A DNA stretch of 32,000 bases from Crocosphaera subtropica ATCC 51142. GTDB lineage: Bacteria > Cyanobacteriota > Cyanobacteriia > Cyanobacteriales > Microcystaceae. The DNA is taken from the NCBI RefSeq assembly GCF_000017845.1, contig NC_010546.1:2700001-2732000 (forward strand), read 5' to 3'. Made by a program: the position numbers and the translations under genes. Shown here one piece after another: positions 23,952 through 32,000 of the stretch. The stretch's first letter is position 1. Every line of letters starts with the position of its first letter. The notes under the pieces were generated by a model that ran no database searches, was not told where the DNA came from, and saw only the letters and a list, made by a program, of their open reading frames with translations.

Positions 23952-25868
23952 TTAATTGATTCCCTTGGATAAAGCCTTTACATGACTGATAATACCCTGG
24001 GGATCGAGTCCTTGATAGGGATATTGTTCCCATAAACCGCCACAGCCTTCTTGATAGGTTCCTAAATGGGCATATTTAGGACAATAACCTCGTTCTAATA
24101 ACCAAGTCCCGAAACGGCTACCCAGGCCAGTACGACGGTTAAAGGCTTCAACCACCATCACGAAAGGAGATTGACCGACTTTTTTCATCATCTCTTCATC
24201 TACCATATTTAAAGTCGATTTATTGATTAAACCCACATCTAAACCCTCTTGCTTGAGCTTTTCTACTGCATCTAAAGCACGATAGAGACATTCCCCAAAA
24301 CTAACCACATAACCGGCGCTTCCTTCCCGAATAACCTCATCTTTTCCAGGGGTAAACTGATAATCATCTCCATAGAGTTTATTACCATTGCTATCTAAAA
24401 GATGGGGAACCTTAGAACGAGTGGAAAAGATAAACCGCAACCCTGGATCATTAAACACTGCTTTAACACAGGCGATCATCTGTCCGGGATCAGCAGGAAA
24501 ATAAAGACGGGTTTGATCCCCTTCTTCGAGGCCGTTGTCAGCGAACATATTATTGAGGCCAAAATGACAGGTATTATCGGCCATGTCATCGATCCCTGCA
24601 TGAGAAAAATGACATAAGACATTAGACCCGTTGAGGCGTGCCATACTAATTTCAGAAATACACATTTCTAAAAAAGCACTGAAAGTGGCATAAATTCCTT
24701 GTTTTCCTTCCTCCATACCAAACCCTGCGGCGGCCGAAAAATTCCCCCGTTCCATCACACCGCCACTGACAAAGATATCAGGATAAGCTTTACGAATCTG
24801 TTTTAAACCGCAAGATCCTTCTAAATCATTATCAATACACAAAATCTTCTCTTTGCGTTGTTGGTCGCTCATGGAATCTAAAATAGAAACCACCGTATCC
24901 CCGAAAATATTACGGTTTGATCCCACTTCTTCGGTTGATCCCATATAAGTGTAGGGATTTTTCGCTTTAGCAATGCTCTTGAGATAATCGATCGCTTCTT
25001 TATGGCCTCGGTTTTCTAAATAGGCGATCGCAGCATCGACGGGAATCACGTCATGGCCTTCGGGGGTTCCTTCAATTCCTTCCACTCCGACAGACATTTT
25101 ACGCTTATTAATCACGGCCATGGGACCATCGTTGCTAATGGCCCGATAAATGCGATCGTAGAGACTTTCGATGTCTTCCCCTTCCCCTGTAAAGGTAGTT
25201 AGTCCGTGGCCTTCTAAAGTACGGGCCACATCAAAGCCTTTTTGATATTCAGAAGGATGGCCAGCAATGGTGACATCATTATCATCGATGATGAGTTTAA
25301 CATTGAGATTTTGAGACACAGCTAACCGCGCTGCTTCTGCGTCGTTTCCTTCTTGTTGGGAACCATCAGATCCTAAACAGAAGACAATTTTATCAGGGTT
25401 AGCCATTGCTATCCCATTCACATAAGGCCACATATGACCCAAACGTCCCGAACTAAACTGAACCCCAGGCGTTAAACCCAGTTCTGGGTGTCCAGGAAGT
25501 TTTGAATAAGCTTCGCGGTAATGGAGAAGTTTCTCGGCCGGTAGTTGACCTCGTAAGGTTGACATTAGGTATTGAGTGGCGACTCGGTGGCCTGCTTCAT
25601 CGAAGAAAATAGGCACAAATTTATTTGGCGCACCTCTGAATAAACCATCAAGTATCATCACTTCAGGAACGGTATCATAAGGGCCACCAGTATGGCCACC
25701 GACTCCTTTGGCTGCGCCGGTTGCGGTGAAGAAAATAATTACATCTCGACACAGTTGAATATTGTTGGTGAGGATTTCTTTTTGTTGTTGGCTTAACTTG
25801 GGTTGAGTGGGATCTAGATTTAAGGGTTGATAAGCGGTTAAGTCGATAGGAAAGGTCTGAGTTGCCAT
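23952..25868 (-). CDS. transketolase-family thiamine-diphosphate enzyme (divergent paralogue, 638 aa)
   Basis: ThDP GDG-x-N motif: GSDGSQQEGNDAEAARLAVSQNLNVKLIIDDNDVTIAG. N-terminal GGHTGGPYD is in place of the canonical SGHPGAPMG. The Pyr and C-terminal domains are fused as in Tkt. Confidence 0.75.
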   Translation of the reverse strand: MATQTFPIDLTAYQPLNLDPTQPKLSQQQKEILTNNIQLCRDVIIFFTATGAAKGVGGHTGGPYDTVPEVMILDGLFRGAPNKFVPIFFDEAGHRVATQYLMSTLRGQLPAEKLLHYREAYSKLPGHPELGLTPGVQFSSGRLGHMWPYVNGIAMANPDKIVFCLGSDGSQQEGNDAEAARLAVSQNLNVKLIIDDNDVTIAGHPSEYQKGFDVARTLEGHGLTTFTGEGEDIESLYDRIYRAISNDGPMAVINKRKMSVGVEGIEGTPEGHDVIPVDAAIAYLENRGHKEAIDYLKSIAKAKNPYTYMGSTEEVGSNRNIFGDTVVSILDSMSDQQRKEKILCIDNDLEGSCGLKQIRKAYPDIFVSGGVMERGNFSAAAGFGMEEGKQGIYATFSAFLEMCISEISMARLNGSNVLCHFSHAGIDDMADNTCHFGLNNMFADNGLEEGDQTRLYFPADPGQMIACVKAVFNDPGLRFIFSTRSKVPHLLDSNGNKLYGDDYQFTPGKDEVIREGSAGYVVSFGECLYRALDAVEKLKQEGLDVGLINKSTLNMVDEEMMKKVGQSPFVMVVEAFNRRTGLGSRFGTWLLERGYCPKYAHLGTYQEGCGGLWEQYPYQGLDPQGIISHVKALSKGIN

Positions 25869-26020
25869 GATTAATTATCTTTTTTAGTGTGTTTTCGTCG
25901 GTCTTTTGGAGATCAGTAGATCACAAACATCCTCATCTTGGCGTGGTAGAGGAGTGGGAAGTGAAAGAGATAAAAATAAATCAAAAAAAAGACTTATTTG
26001 CTTATATTTAACTCAAAATC

Positions 26021-26049
26021 CTCTCCCTGCTCCCATTCTCCCTGCTCCC
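26021..26049. repeat. C/T-rich direct repeat (CTCCCTGCTCCC x2)
   Basis: CTCTCCCTGCTCCC ATTCTCCCTGCTCCC, in the glgC-downstream / transketolase-upstream spacer. A related CCCCTGCCTCCTCTGCTCC lies near 14110. Confidence 0.5.
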
Positions 26050-26090
26050 TTGCAGCCTTTAGCAACAAGTTTTCGATCTACTGAAGCTAA

Positions 26091-27380
26091 TTAAATGACC
26101 GTATCGTGGGGAATGACTGCATCCTTTACAACGGTGATAATGTTACTGCGAATATAAAAGCCTTGGTCTTCTTTTTCGGCTTCACTGACATTATCTTTGT
26201 TAATAATTTTGACGTTGCAGCCAATACGCGCATTTTTATCAATAATGGCGTGGTCAATGGTGGTATTAGATCCGATCCCGATGGGAATGTTTTCTAAGGA
26301 GCAATCTCCTTCGTTTTCAAAATCAGATTGATAATAATCTGCTCCCATGAGTAAGACATTTTTGATAGTGCAACCCGAATCAATTCTCGAACGAATACCG
26401 ATGACAGAGTTTTCGATATAGCAGTCTTTTAAGACACAACCCTCACTAATCATTGACTGGATGACTTCACATTTTAGCTGTTTAGTAGGGGGTAAATAAC
26501 GCGCTCTGGTGTAAATAGGAGCCGCTTTATCATAAAAGCTAAAGGAGGGGTTCGGCTGTTTGGCTAGGGCTAAATTTGCGTTAAAAAAGGCTTCGATGGT
26601 TCCGATATCTTCCCAATAATCATTGAAGAGATAGGCTTGTATATTTAGGTCTTTGATGGCGTTGGGAATGATTTCCTTACCAAAATCGGTACAGTCTGGC
26701 TGTTGTTTGAGTAAATCGATTAATACTTCTCGTTTGAATAAATAAATCCCCATTGAGGCAATATAGGGCTTCATTTTAGCTTCTTGTGCCGAAAGTCCGA
26801 GGGTTTTGGTATCCACTTCCATCCGTTTGAGATCATCCCCTTTGGGTTTTTCTTGGAAGTCAATAATACGGCCAGTGTTATCAATCTTCATTAAACCAAA
26901 ACTAGAGGCTTGTTTTTCATCCACAGGTAGCACCGACAAGGTTATATCTGCATTGGTTTTGCGATGATGTTGGATAAAGTCACGATAGTCCATGCGATAT
27001 AAATGATCCCCTGAGAGAATCAAATATTCGTCCGCTTCTGCTCTATCAAACAGCCATAAATATTGTCTCACTGCATCGGCGGTTCCTTGGAACCAATTCA
27101 TATTTTCTGGGGTTTGTTGGGCTGCTAATATTTCTACAAATCCTTGCTGAAATCCAGAAAAATTGTAAGAACGGGAAATATGTTGGTTTAATGAAGCGGA
27201 ATTAAACTGGGTTAATACATATATTTTGAGAAGATTAGAATTAATACAATTACTGATAGGAATATCAATCAATCGATGTTTTCCGGCTAGAGGAACCGCA
27301 GGTTTGGCTCTTGTTTTGGTTAGGGGATAAAGTCTTGTTCCTGCGCCACCACCGAGGATAATTGAAAGTACGTTATTCAT
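26091..27380 (-). CDS. glgC: glucose-1-phosphate adenylyltransferase
   Basis: [41 protein letters not shown]..., [11 protein letters not shown], 429 aa with a C-terminal left-handed beta-helix region. Confidence 0.95.
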   Translation of the reverse strand: MNNVLSIILGGGAGTRLYPLTKTRAKPAVPLAGKHRLIDIPISNCINSNLLKIYVLTQFNSASLNQHISRSYNFSGFQQGFVEILAAQQTPENMNWFQGTADAVRQYLWLFDRAEADEYLILSGDHLYRMDYRDFIQHHRKTNADITLSVLPVDEKQASSFGLMKIDNTGRIIDFQEKPKGDDLKRMEVDTKTLGLSAQEAKMKPYIASMGIYLFKREVLIDLLKQQPDCTDFGKEIIPNAIKDLNIQAYLFNDYWEDIGTIEAFFNANLALAKQPNPSFSFYDKAAPIYTRARYLPPTKQLKCEVIQSMISEGCVLKDCYIENSVIGIRSRIDSGCTIKNVLLMGADYYQSDFENEGDCSLENIPIGIGSNTTIDHAIIDKNARIGCNVKIINKDNVSEAEKEDQGFYIRSNIITVVKDAVIPHDTVI

Positions 27381-27701
27381 AAATTTCTCCTAGTTAATTT
27401 TTTTCTTGTAACAGTCGCAGCAAAGGTCAATACTGTCTATTATTGTCTAACCTACATATAAAGCTAGTTTTACGATCTGATTTGTATACTTTTGCTATAT
27501 GCTTTATTCTCAATCATGAGTAAGATAATTTTTGGTTTAAGATTTACCATAGTTTTATCGGTGTTGTCAAATGGCTCAAAAAATTATTAACTGAGCTAGA
27601 AAATTTTACCGGCAATGTATTAGAAAATACACCTTTTGGAAGATGTTGTTATTAACGTTATATTGATCAATAGATAGAGGACAGTATGGATAATATTGAT
27701 T

Positions 27702-28397
27702 ATGGAAGGCAAACAAGTTTTATTAACCGGAGGAACCGGAGGATTAGGATTAGGGGTAACGCCAGAAGTGGTTAAACGAGGGGCAAAAGTAACCATTCCC
27801 TATCGAGATGAAACAGAGGTTAAGCGTCTTAAAGATAAATTGTCTCCGACAGATTTTGAGAAAATTCGTTTTGTTAAAGCCAATTTACTAGAGGAAAACG
27901 TAGTTAAACAGTTAGTAAATGACTTAAATAGAGTTGATGTTTTGATCCATCTTGTGGGTGGTTTCTCTATGGGAAAAACTCATAAACAATCATACGAAGA
28001 CTGGAAATCGACTATTGATTTAAACCTGAACAGCACTTTTTTACTCTGTAAATATTGTTTAGGTGCAATGTATCAATCAGGATATGGCAGAATTGTCACT
28101 GTCGGATCCCGTGGTGCCGTGCAACCGGATGCAAATCTAGGGTCTTATTGTGCCTCTAAAGCCGGTGTGGTGGCTTTAACCCAGTCTATTGCAGAAGAGA
28201 CAAAAGAGCTTAATATTACCGCTAATAGCGTGCTTCCTAGTGTTATTGATACCCCTGCTAACCGAGAAGCAATGGGAGACGATAATGTGTCAAATTGGGT
28301 TTCTCCTCATTCTTTAGCGCAGGTTATTTGTTTTCTGGCCTCAGAAGCAGCAAAAGATATCAGGGGTTCGGCTATTCCTGTTTATGGACAAGTTTAA
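27702..28397 (+). CDS. short-chain dehydrogenase/reductase (SDR)
   Basis: The track start at 27696 is TTG; an ATG is at 27702. Cofactor motif LTGGTGGLG and catalytic YCASK (Y-x3-K). Confidence 0.85.
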   Translation: MEGKQVLLTGGTGGLGLGVTPEVVKRGAKVTIPYRDETEVKRLKDKLSPTDFEKIRFVKANLLEENVVKQLVNDLNRVDVLIHLVGGFSMGKTHKQSYEDWKSTIDLNLNSTFLLCKYCLGAMYQSGYGRIVTVGSRGAVQPDANLGSYCASKAGVVALTQSIAEETKELNITANSVLPSVIDTPANREAMGDDNVSNWVSPHSLAQVICFLASEAAKDIRGSAIPVYGQV

Positions 28398-28552
28398 CTA
28401 ATATCTTGCATCTTCGATTACATGACTTCGTTTTTCTTTGGGATGACTTTTGTTATTCTTCTGCTAGAGTGATGAAAGAGGGATAAATTCCTTCTTCGCT
28501 AGAGGTTAACCTACGTTCATTTACCATTGATGAATTTCTCAAAACTTTTAAG

Positions 28553-29032
28553 TTATTTCCTTGGTTTCTTTTCAAAATATTGTTGATGATAGTCTTCTGC
28601 TAAATAGTAATCAGATGCTGGCTTAATTTCTGTCACAATATCTTTCTCATAGTGACCAGAATTGTCTAGTTTAACTTTAGACTCTCTAGCTATTTTTTCT
28701 TGGTCTGGGTTATGGTAAAAAATTACTGAACGATACTGTTCTCCTCGATCCGGTCCTTGACGGTTAAAACTGGTGGGATCGTGAATCTTCCAGAAGGTTT
28801 CTAATAGTTGTGGATAACTGATTATTGTCGGATCATATTCCACTTGTACCACCTCTGCATGACCAGTTACCCTAGCACAAACATCTAAATAAGATGGGTT
28901 TGGCCAATGTCCTCCCATATAACCAACAGAGGTAGAAACAACTCCTTTCAACCGGCGAAAAGCGGCTTCTACACCCCAGAAACAACCGGCTGCAAATGTT
29001 GCTTTTTCCATAGAATCATTATTCATTATCAA
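28553..29032 (-). CDS. msrA: peptide-methionine (S)-S-oxide reductase
   Basis: ATFAAGCFWGVEAAF active-site motif; HAEVVQVEYDP; HDPT..NRQG.D.G.QYRS. Confidence 0.9.
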   Translation of the reverse strand: MIMNNDSMEKATFAAGCFWGVEAAFRRLKGVVSTSVGYMGGHWPNPSYLDVCARVTGHAEVVQVEYDPTIISYPQLLETFWKIHDPTSFNRQGPDRGEQYRSVIFYHNPDQEKIARESKVKLDNSGHYEKDIVTEIKPASDYYLAEDYHQQYFEKKPRK

Positions 29033-29036
29033 TTAC

Positions 29037-29411
29037 TTAGGTACTTCTCCGGCCTAATTCATAAACACCGCAAGCGATACAAGCCAAAATTCCCATACTA
29101 ATTGACCAACTTTGACCTAATCCTAATTCTACTCCCCAATTGCATAATCCCCCAAGAATAAAAAAGGGAATAATGCTAAAAAGAGACGCATAAAAAGCAT
29201 TTTGAGACTCCCTTGCGTCACGAGTTTTATCAAATTCTTCTTGAGAAATATAAAGCGATCGCTCAGCAAAATTAAACCAACGATTTAACCCTTCAATAAT
29301 ACCGTCTCTAATAGAAGAAAGCCCTAAATAAAGAGATAAAGACCATAAGCAAGTACCGGCAATAACAACAGTATTAATAGAAAAGCGAAAGGGAATAAAA
29401 TCAACAACCAT
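29037..29411 (-). CDS. integral membrane protein of unknown function (about 3-4 TM), upstream of msrA in the same operon
   Basis: 124-aa ORF with hydrophobic segments. Its stop is 4 nt before the msrA start. Confidence 0.55.
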   Translation of the reverse strand: MVVDFIPFRFSINTVVIAGTCLWSLSLYLGLSSIRDGIIEGLNRWFNFAERSLYISQEEFDKTRDARESQNAFYASLFSIIPFFILGGLCNWGVELGLGQSWSISMGILACIACGVYELGRRST

Positions 29412-29641
29412 GACTAATATAAACTGTTTATTAACAAAGGATTAACAGTTTCTAGATTTTAACAAAATTGCTGAAAAATTAACAAAAAGCTAGACATCGC
29501 TGTCTTAATAGTAAATCCTAACTACTAATTGATAACTGATAATATCCCCTTGTCGTTCCAGCAAGTTTCGTTCAAAATAGCTATCATGCAACCAAAGTGT
29601 AACTTTTGGTGTTTCCGTGATTTGGTGTGAGTAGTGTGATC

Positions 29642-30277
29642 ATGCAACATTTCAAATATGGTAGACGTAGGCTGAAAGGACTTCGTTCCTCATCTCGTTG
29701 GTTGGTATCTCTAGGGATAGTTGCGTTAATGGTTCCTGTGAGTATCAATGGTTGGCAACAGTCTCCTTCTCAGGCTCAATATCTTCCAGCCACCAATTCG
29801 ACCAATACCTGGCAATATGCTTCATTTCCCGTCGAAAATTTCCAAACCTATACTTCTGGATATGGTTATCGAACCTCTCCCATTACCGGAAAATCTCAAT
29901 TTCATCGGGGGTTAGATATGGCTGCACCCTTAGGGAGTTATGTCCGTAACTGGTGGGGAGGACGGGTAGTTGCGCTTTCGGATCATACCGCTTGTGGAAC
30001 CATGATTACCATTCAATCTGGACAATGGACGCACATCTATTGTCATTTGATGGGAACGGTAGAAGATAGTTCCCAAGGCCGCTATTTTGTCGATAGGGAA
30101 GGGGGACTGGTTCTGTGGTTGGGTCAAGATGTTCCTGCTGGTGCGAGAATTGGTCGCGTCGGTATGACAGGACGAACCACAGGGCCTCATCTTCATTGGG
30201 GGTTAAAGTATGGGGGAGAATATCTCGATCCTGCTTTAGTTTTACAAGAGATGTATGGGGGTCAAGCTTCTTCGTAG
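29642..30277 (+). CDS. M23-family (LytM-type) metallopeptidase
   Basis: HRGLDMAAPLGSYV (HxxxD), GRVGMTGRTTGPHLHW (HxH). The track start at 29627 is GTG; the first ATG is at 29642. Confidence 0.85.
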   Translation: MQHFKYGRRRLKGLRSSSRWLVSLGIVALMVPVSINGWQQSPSQAQYLPATNSTNTWQYASFPVENFQTYTSGYGYRTSPITGKSQFHRGLDMAAPLGSYVRNWWGGRVVALSDHTACGTMITIQSGQWTHIYCHLMGTVEDSSQGRYFVDREGGLVLWLGQDVPAGARIGRVGMTGRTTGPHLHWGLKYGGEYLDPALVLQEMYGGQASS

Positions 30278-30404
30278 CAATAGAACTAATTTACTCTATA
30301 TTTCGACTGATATCACATAATGGTAACTTTATGTGATTTTTTTTACATATTTTTACAGTAAGAATTGTTAACATAAAAAAAAGTGAAAAGAATGGTGAAT
30401 TAAT

Positions 30405-30878
30405 ATGAGTTTAAAAGAAGGAATATCGCTACAAACACTTGAAGCTATACAAGAGGGGACAGCGCAATTTTATACGCCACAGTCCAGTGATGAAACGATG
30501 TTAGTGCAGGTTCCTCGTCATAGTGTTAGTGACTTGTTTGTGCATCATTTTCAAACGGATCAATTATTAGTAGTTAAAGGGAGTTTTATATTAGTTGCTC
30601 TCTATAACAAGCAATATCATTATTATCCTTTAAGTGAGGATAAACCTGAAGTGATTACTATTCCTCCTGGTATTCCTCATAGTGCCATCAATGTGAGTTT
30701 GCAAGACTGTGTAATGGTTAATGCTGTTTTACGTCATGGAGAGTCCCATCCTTTAGATTATCGACCCATGAAACCCCCTTTTCCTTATGATTTTGAAACA
30801 ATTAATACTATGTTAGAAACCTTGGAACAGGTGAAGCTTGATAAGAAGAATAACCCCCTAGTAGTAGAAGCATCCTAG
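30405..30878 (+). CDS. cupin-fold-like hypothetical protein
   Basis: 157-aa ORF. HHFQTDQLLVVKGSFILV ... IPPGIPHSAINV resembles a cupin two-motif arrangement. The product call is weak. Confidence 0.45.
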   Translation: MSLKEGISLQTLEAIQEGTAQFYTPQSSDETMLVQVPRHSVSDLFVHHFQTDQLLVVKGSFILVALYNKQYHYYPLSEDKPEVITIPPGIPHSAINVSLQDCVMVNAVLRHGESHPLDYRPMKPPFPYDFETINTMLETLEQVKLDKKNNPLVVEAS

Positions 30879-30961
30879 AGGTTGATTTTAAAAGATTTTT
30901 AGTGAACAAACATTAATATAGCAATTCCCATATTTGTGAGGTACAAAGTTTTCTAGTTTTG

Positions 30962-30986
30962 GGAGTCAGGAGTCAGGAGTCAGCAG
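30962..30986. repeat. heptamer tandem repeat (GGAGTCA x3 plus partial), STRR-like
   Basis: GGAGTCA GGAGTCA GGAGTCA GCAG, read directly in the intergenic spacer. Confidence 0.6.
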
Positions 30987-31026
30987 TTGAATTTTAGGTG
31001 TACCTTATGAGTTCGGGAAACGCTAT

Positions 31027-31061
31027 ATAAAAAGTTAGGGACAACAAAAAAATTGTCCCTA
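31027..31061 (-). terminator. rho-independent terminator of the carotenoid oxygenase gene
   Basis: Perfect 9-bp stem TAGGGACAA / TTGTCCCTA with an 8-nt A-rich loop, starting 8 nt after the stop. On the minus strand it is followed by AACTTTTTAT. Confidence 0.55.
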
Positions 31062-31068
31062 GTCTACA

Positions 31069-32000
31069 TTATATAAAAACCTCAGATGTCCAGTTTCCGT
31101 GGAGTCCGTAAGGAATATGATGTTTCAGATGTAGAGTGGCGATCGCTTCTTTCTCTATATTCTCCCCATCTAAAATAACGATATCAGAACGATGTTTATC
31201 ACCGTCATAAACCATCACTAAAATCCATCCTTCGTCTTCATTAGTTGCATTAGGTTTAGGGACAAAAATAGGTTCTCCAACATAACCTTGTGGGGCGAAA
31301 GAATGTAACTGTTTTTTTCCTGTTAATAAGTCTAATTTTAGGATAGCTTGTAACGGTGCATTTCCTTGCTCTTTATGTGCTGTTCCGATGAATAAATAAC
31401 GATAGTTTTTCCCGACATAATTGGGATTAATATCGGAAAATTCACAACAACGACTTTCGAGCATTTTTTTGTCAACCGTTTCCCTATCTAGATCAATTTT
31501 AAACCGCCAGATTTGTCCAGGATCTAAACTTTCAAAATCAGTTTCTTTGTAGTCAGTATCAGGTTTAACTTGAGGAAGAGAATCATAACAAATTGAATCT
31601 AAGTAAATATTATTATCTTTTTCAAAAGCATTAATATGATGAAAAACAAACCCTGCATTTGTTTCTAATATTTTCATTTTTTCATCCGTTGAAGTTCGGG
31701 GAATAACAATCAATTTACTGTTTTTTTGAGGATGAAAGTTGACACATTCTCCAGCACCTTTAAAGCCTAAAATATAGGGCAAAGGATTAAAAGTAACAGG
31801 GTTTTGTAAGAAGAGACAATAATGAGGGGTAATAGCAAAATCATGGATAAAAGAAAACCCAGGAACTGTATGGGAATGACGACGTAATAAGCAACCATCT
31901 GGACCAAATTCATAGATAGTAATTTTACTGGAAAGTCCTGGTTTAATGGAGAAATTAACTAAGCAAGGTTGACCGTTATCAAACTCAGAAGCAGGATCAA
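31069..32000 (-). CDS. carotenoid / apocarotenoid cleavage oxygenase (RPE65/CCD family), C-terminal part; 5' end outside window
   Basis: The track ORF starts at a TTG (31780..31782). The frame stays open upstream, reading ...SFIHDFAITPHYCLFLQNPVTFNPLPYILGF (hand-translated), so the gene runs to the window edge. His-ligand contexts: HDFAIT, HHINAFE, and HGNW near the C-terminus. Confidence 0.9.
   Translation of the reverse strand, partial: DPASEFDNGQPCLVNFSIKPGLSSKITIYEFGPDGCLLRRHSHTVPGFSFIHDFAITPHYCLFLQNPVTFNPLPYILGFKGAGECVNFHPQKNSKLIVIPRTSTDEKMKILETNAGFVFHHINAFEKDNNIYLDSICYDSLPQVKPDTDYKETDFESLDPGQIWRFKIDLDRETVDKKMLESRCCEFSDINPNYVGKNYRYLFIGTAHKEQGNAPLQAILKLDLLTGKKQLHSFAPQGYVGEPIFVPKPNATNEDEGWILVMVYDGDKHRSDIVILDGENIEKEAIATLHLKHHIPYGLHGNWTSEVFI

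Noticed and set aside
24402-24617. 71-aa plus-strand ORF inside the transketolase-family gene
   Set aside because: Antisense shadow ORF.
25906-26297. ORFs 25906..26094 (+) and 26106..26297 (+)
   Set aside because: The first lies in a C/T-rich repeat-containing spacer and has a low-complexity translation. The second is antisense to the glgC C-terminus.
28295-30336. ORFs 28295..28486, 28907..29101, 29698..29949, 29930..30196 and 30115..30336
   Set aside because: They are alternative-frame or antisense ORFs overlapping the SDR, msrA and M23 peptidase genes, and none has a motif.

Overview
This is a cyanobacterial chromosomal window. Supporting evidence: a complete phycocyanin rod operon (cpcB-cpcA-cpcC1-cpcC2-cpcD-cpcE), an SLH/OprB-type porin, a DUF4278 protein, and 16 perfect HIP1 octamers (GCGATCGC), all located by hand. 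Gene order left to right: upp (partial); a YtxH-like protein; an iron cluster (futA/idiA, a Fur-box-controlled porin, feoA, a NirK-like two-domain copper oxidase, a lipoprotein); a NifX-like protein; DUF4278; a Cys-less rhodanese; an AT-rich ~3 kb islet carrying one 891-aa gene; larB/cpmA; gcvH; rimK plus an AstE/AspA-family deacylase; a CYP74-like P450 plus lipoxygenase operon; the cpc operon; a divergent transketolase-family gene; glgC; an SDR; msrA plus a membrane protein; an M23 peptidase; a cupin-like ORF; and a partial carotenoid cleavage oxygenase. The best candidate for an undescribed system is the orphan 891-aa gene (8082..10757, minus). It has an N-terminal P-loop NTPase (Walker A GATGEGKT), a long helical middle, and a C-terminal PF10137/CAP12-type TIR-like domain. 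The gene is visibly more AT-rich than its neighbours. Its ~3.1 kb islet is bracketed by 31-bp imperfect direct repeats that duplicate the coding 3' end of larB. Second in interest is the translationally close P450(CYP74-like)-lipoxygenase pair, a predicted bacterial oxylipin pathway. Several ORF-track entries begin at TTG/GTG or at upstream in-frame ATGs, and I corrected starts where a better ATG plus Shine-Dalgarno is visible. I found no tRNA, rRNA, CRISPR array, transposase or integrase. All domain assignments come from motif recognition by eye, not from database searches.
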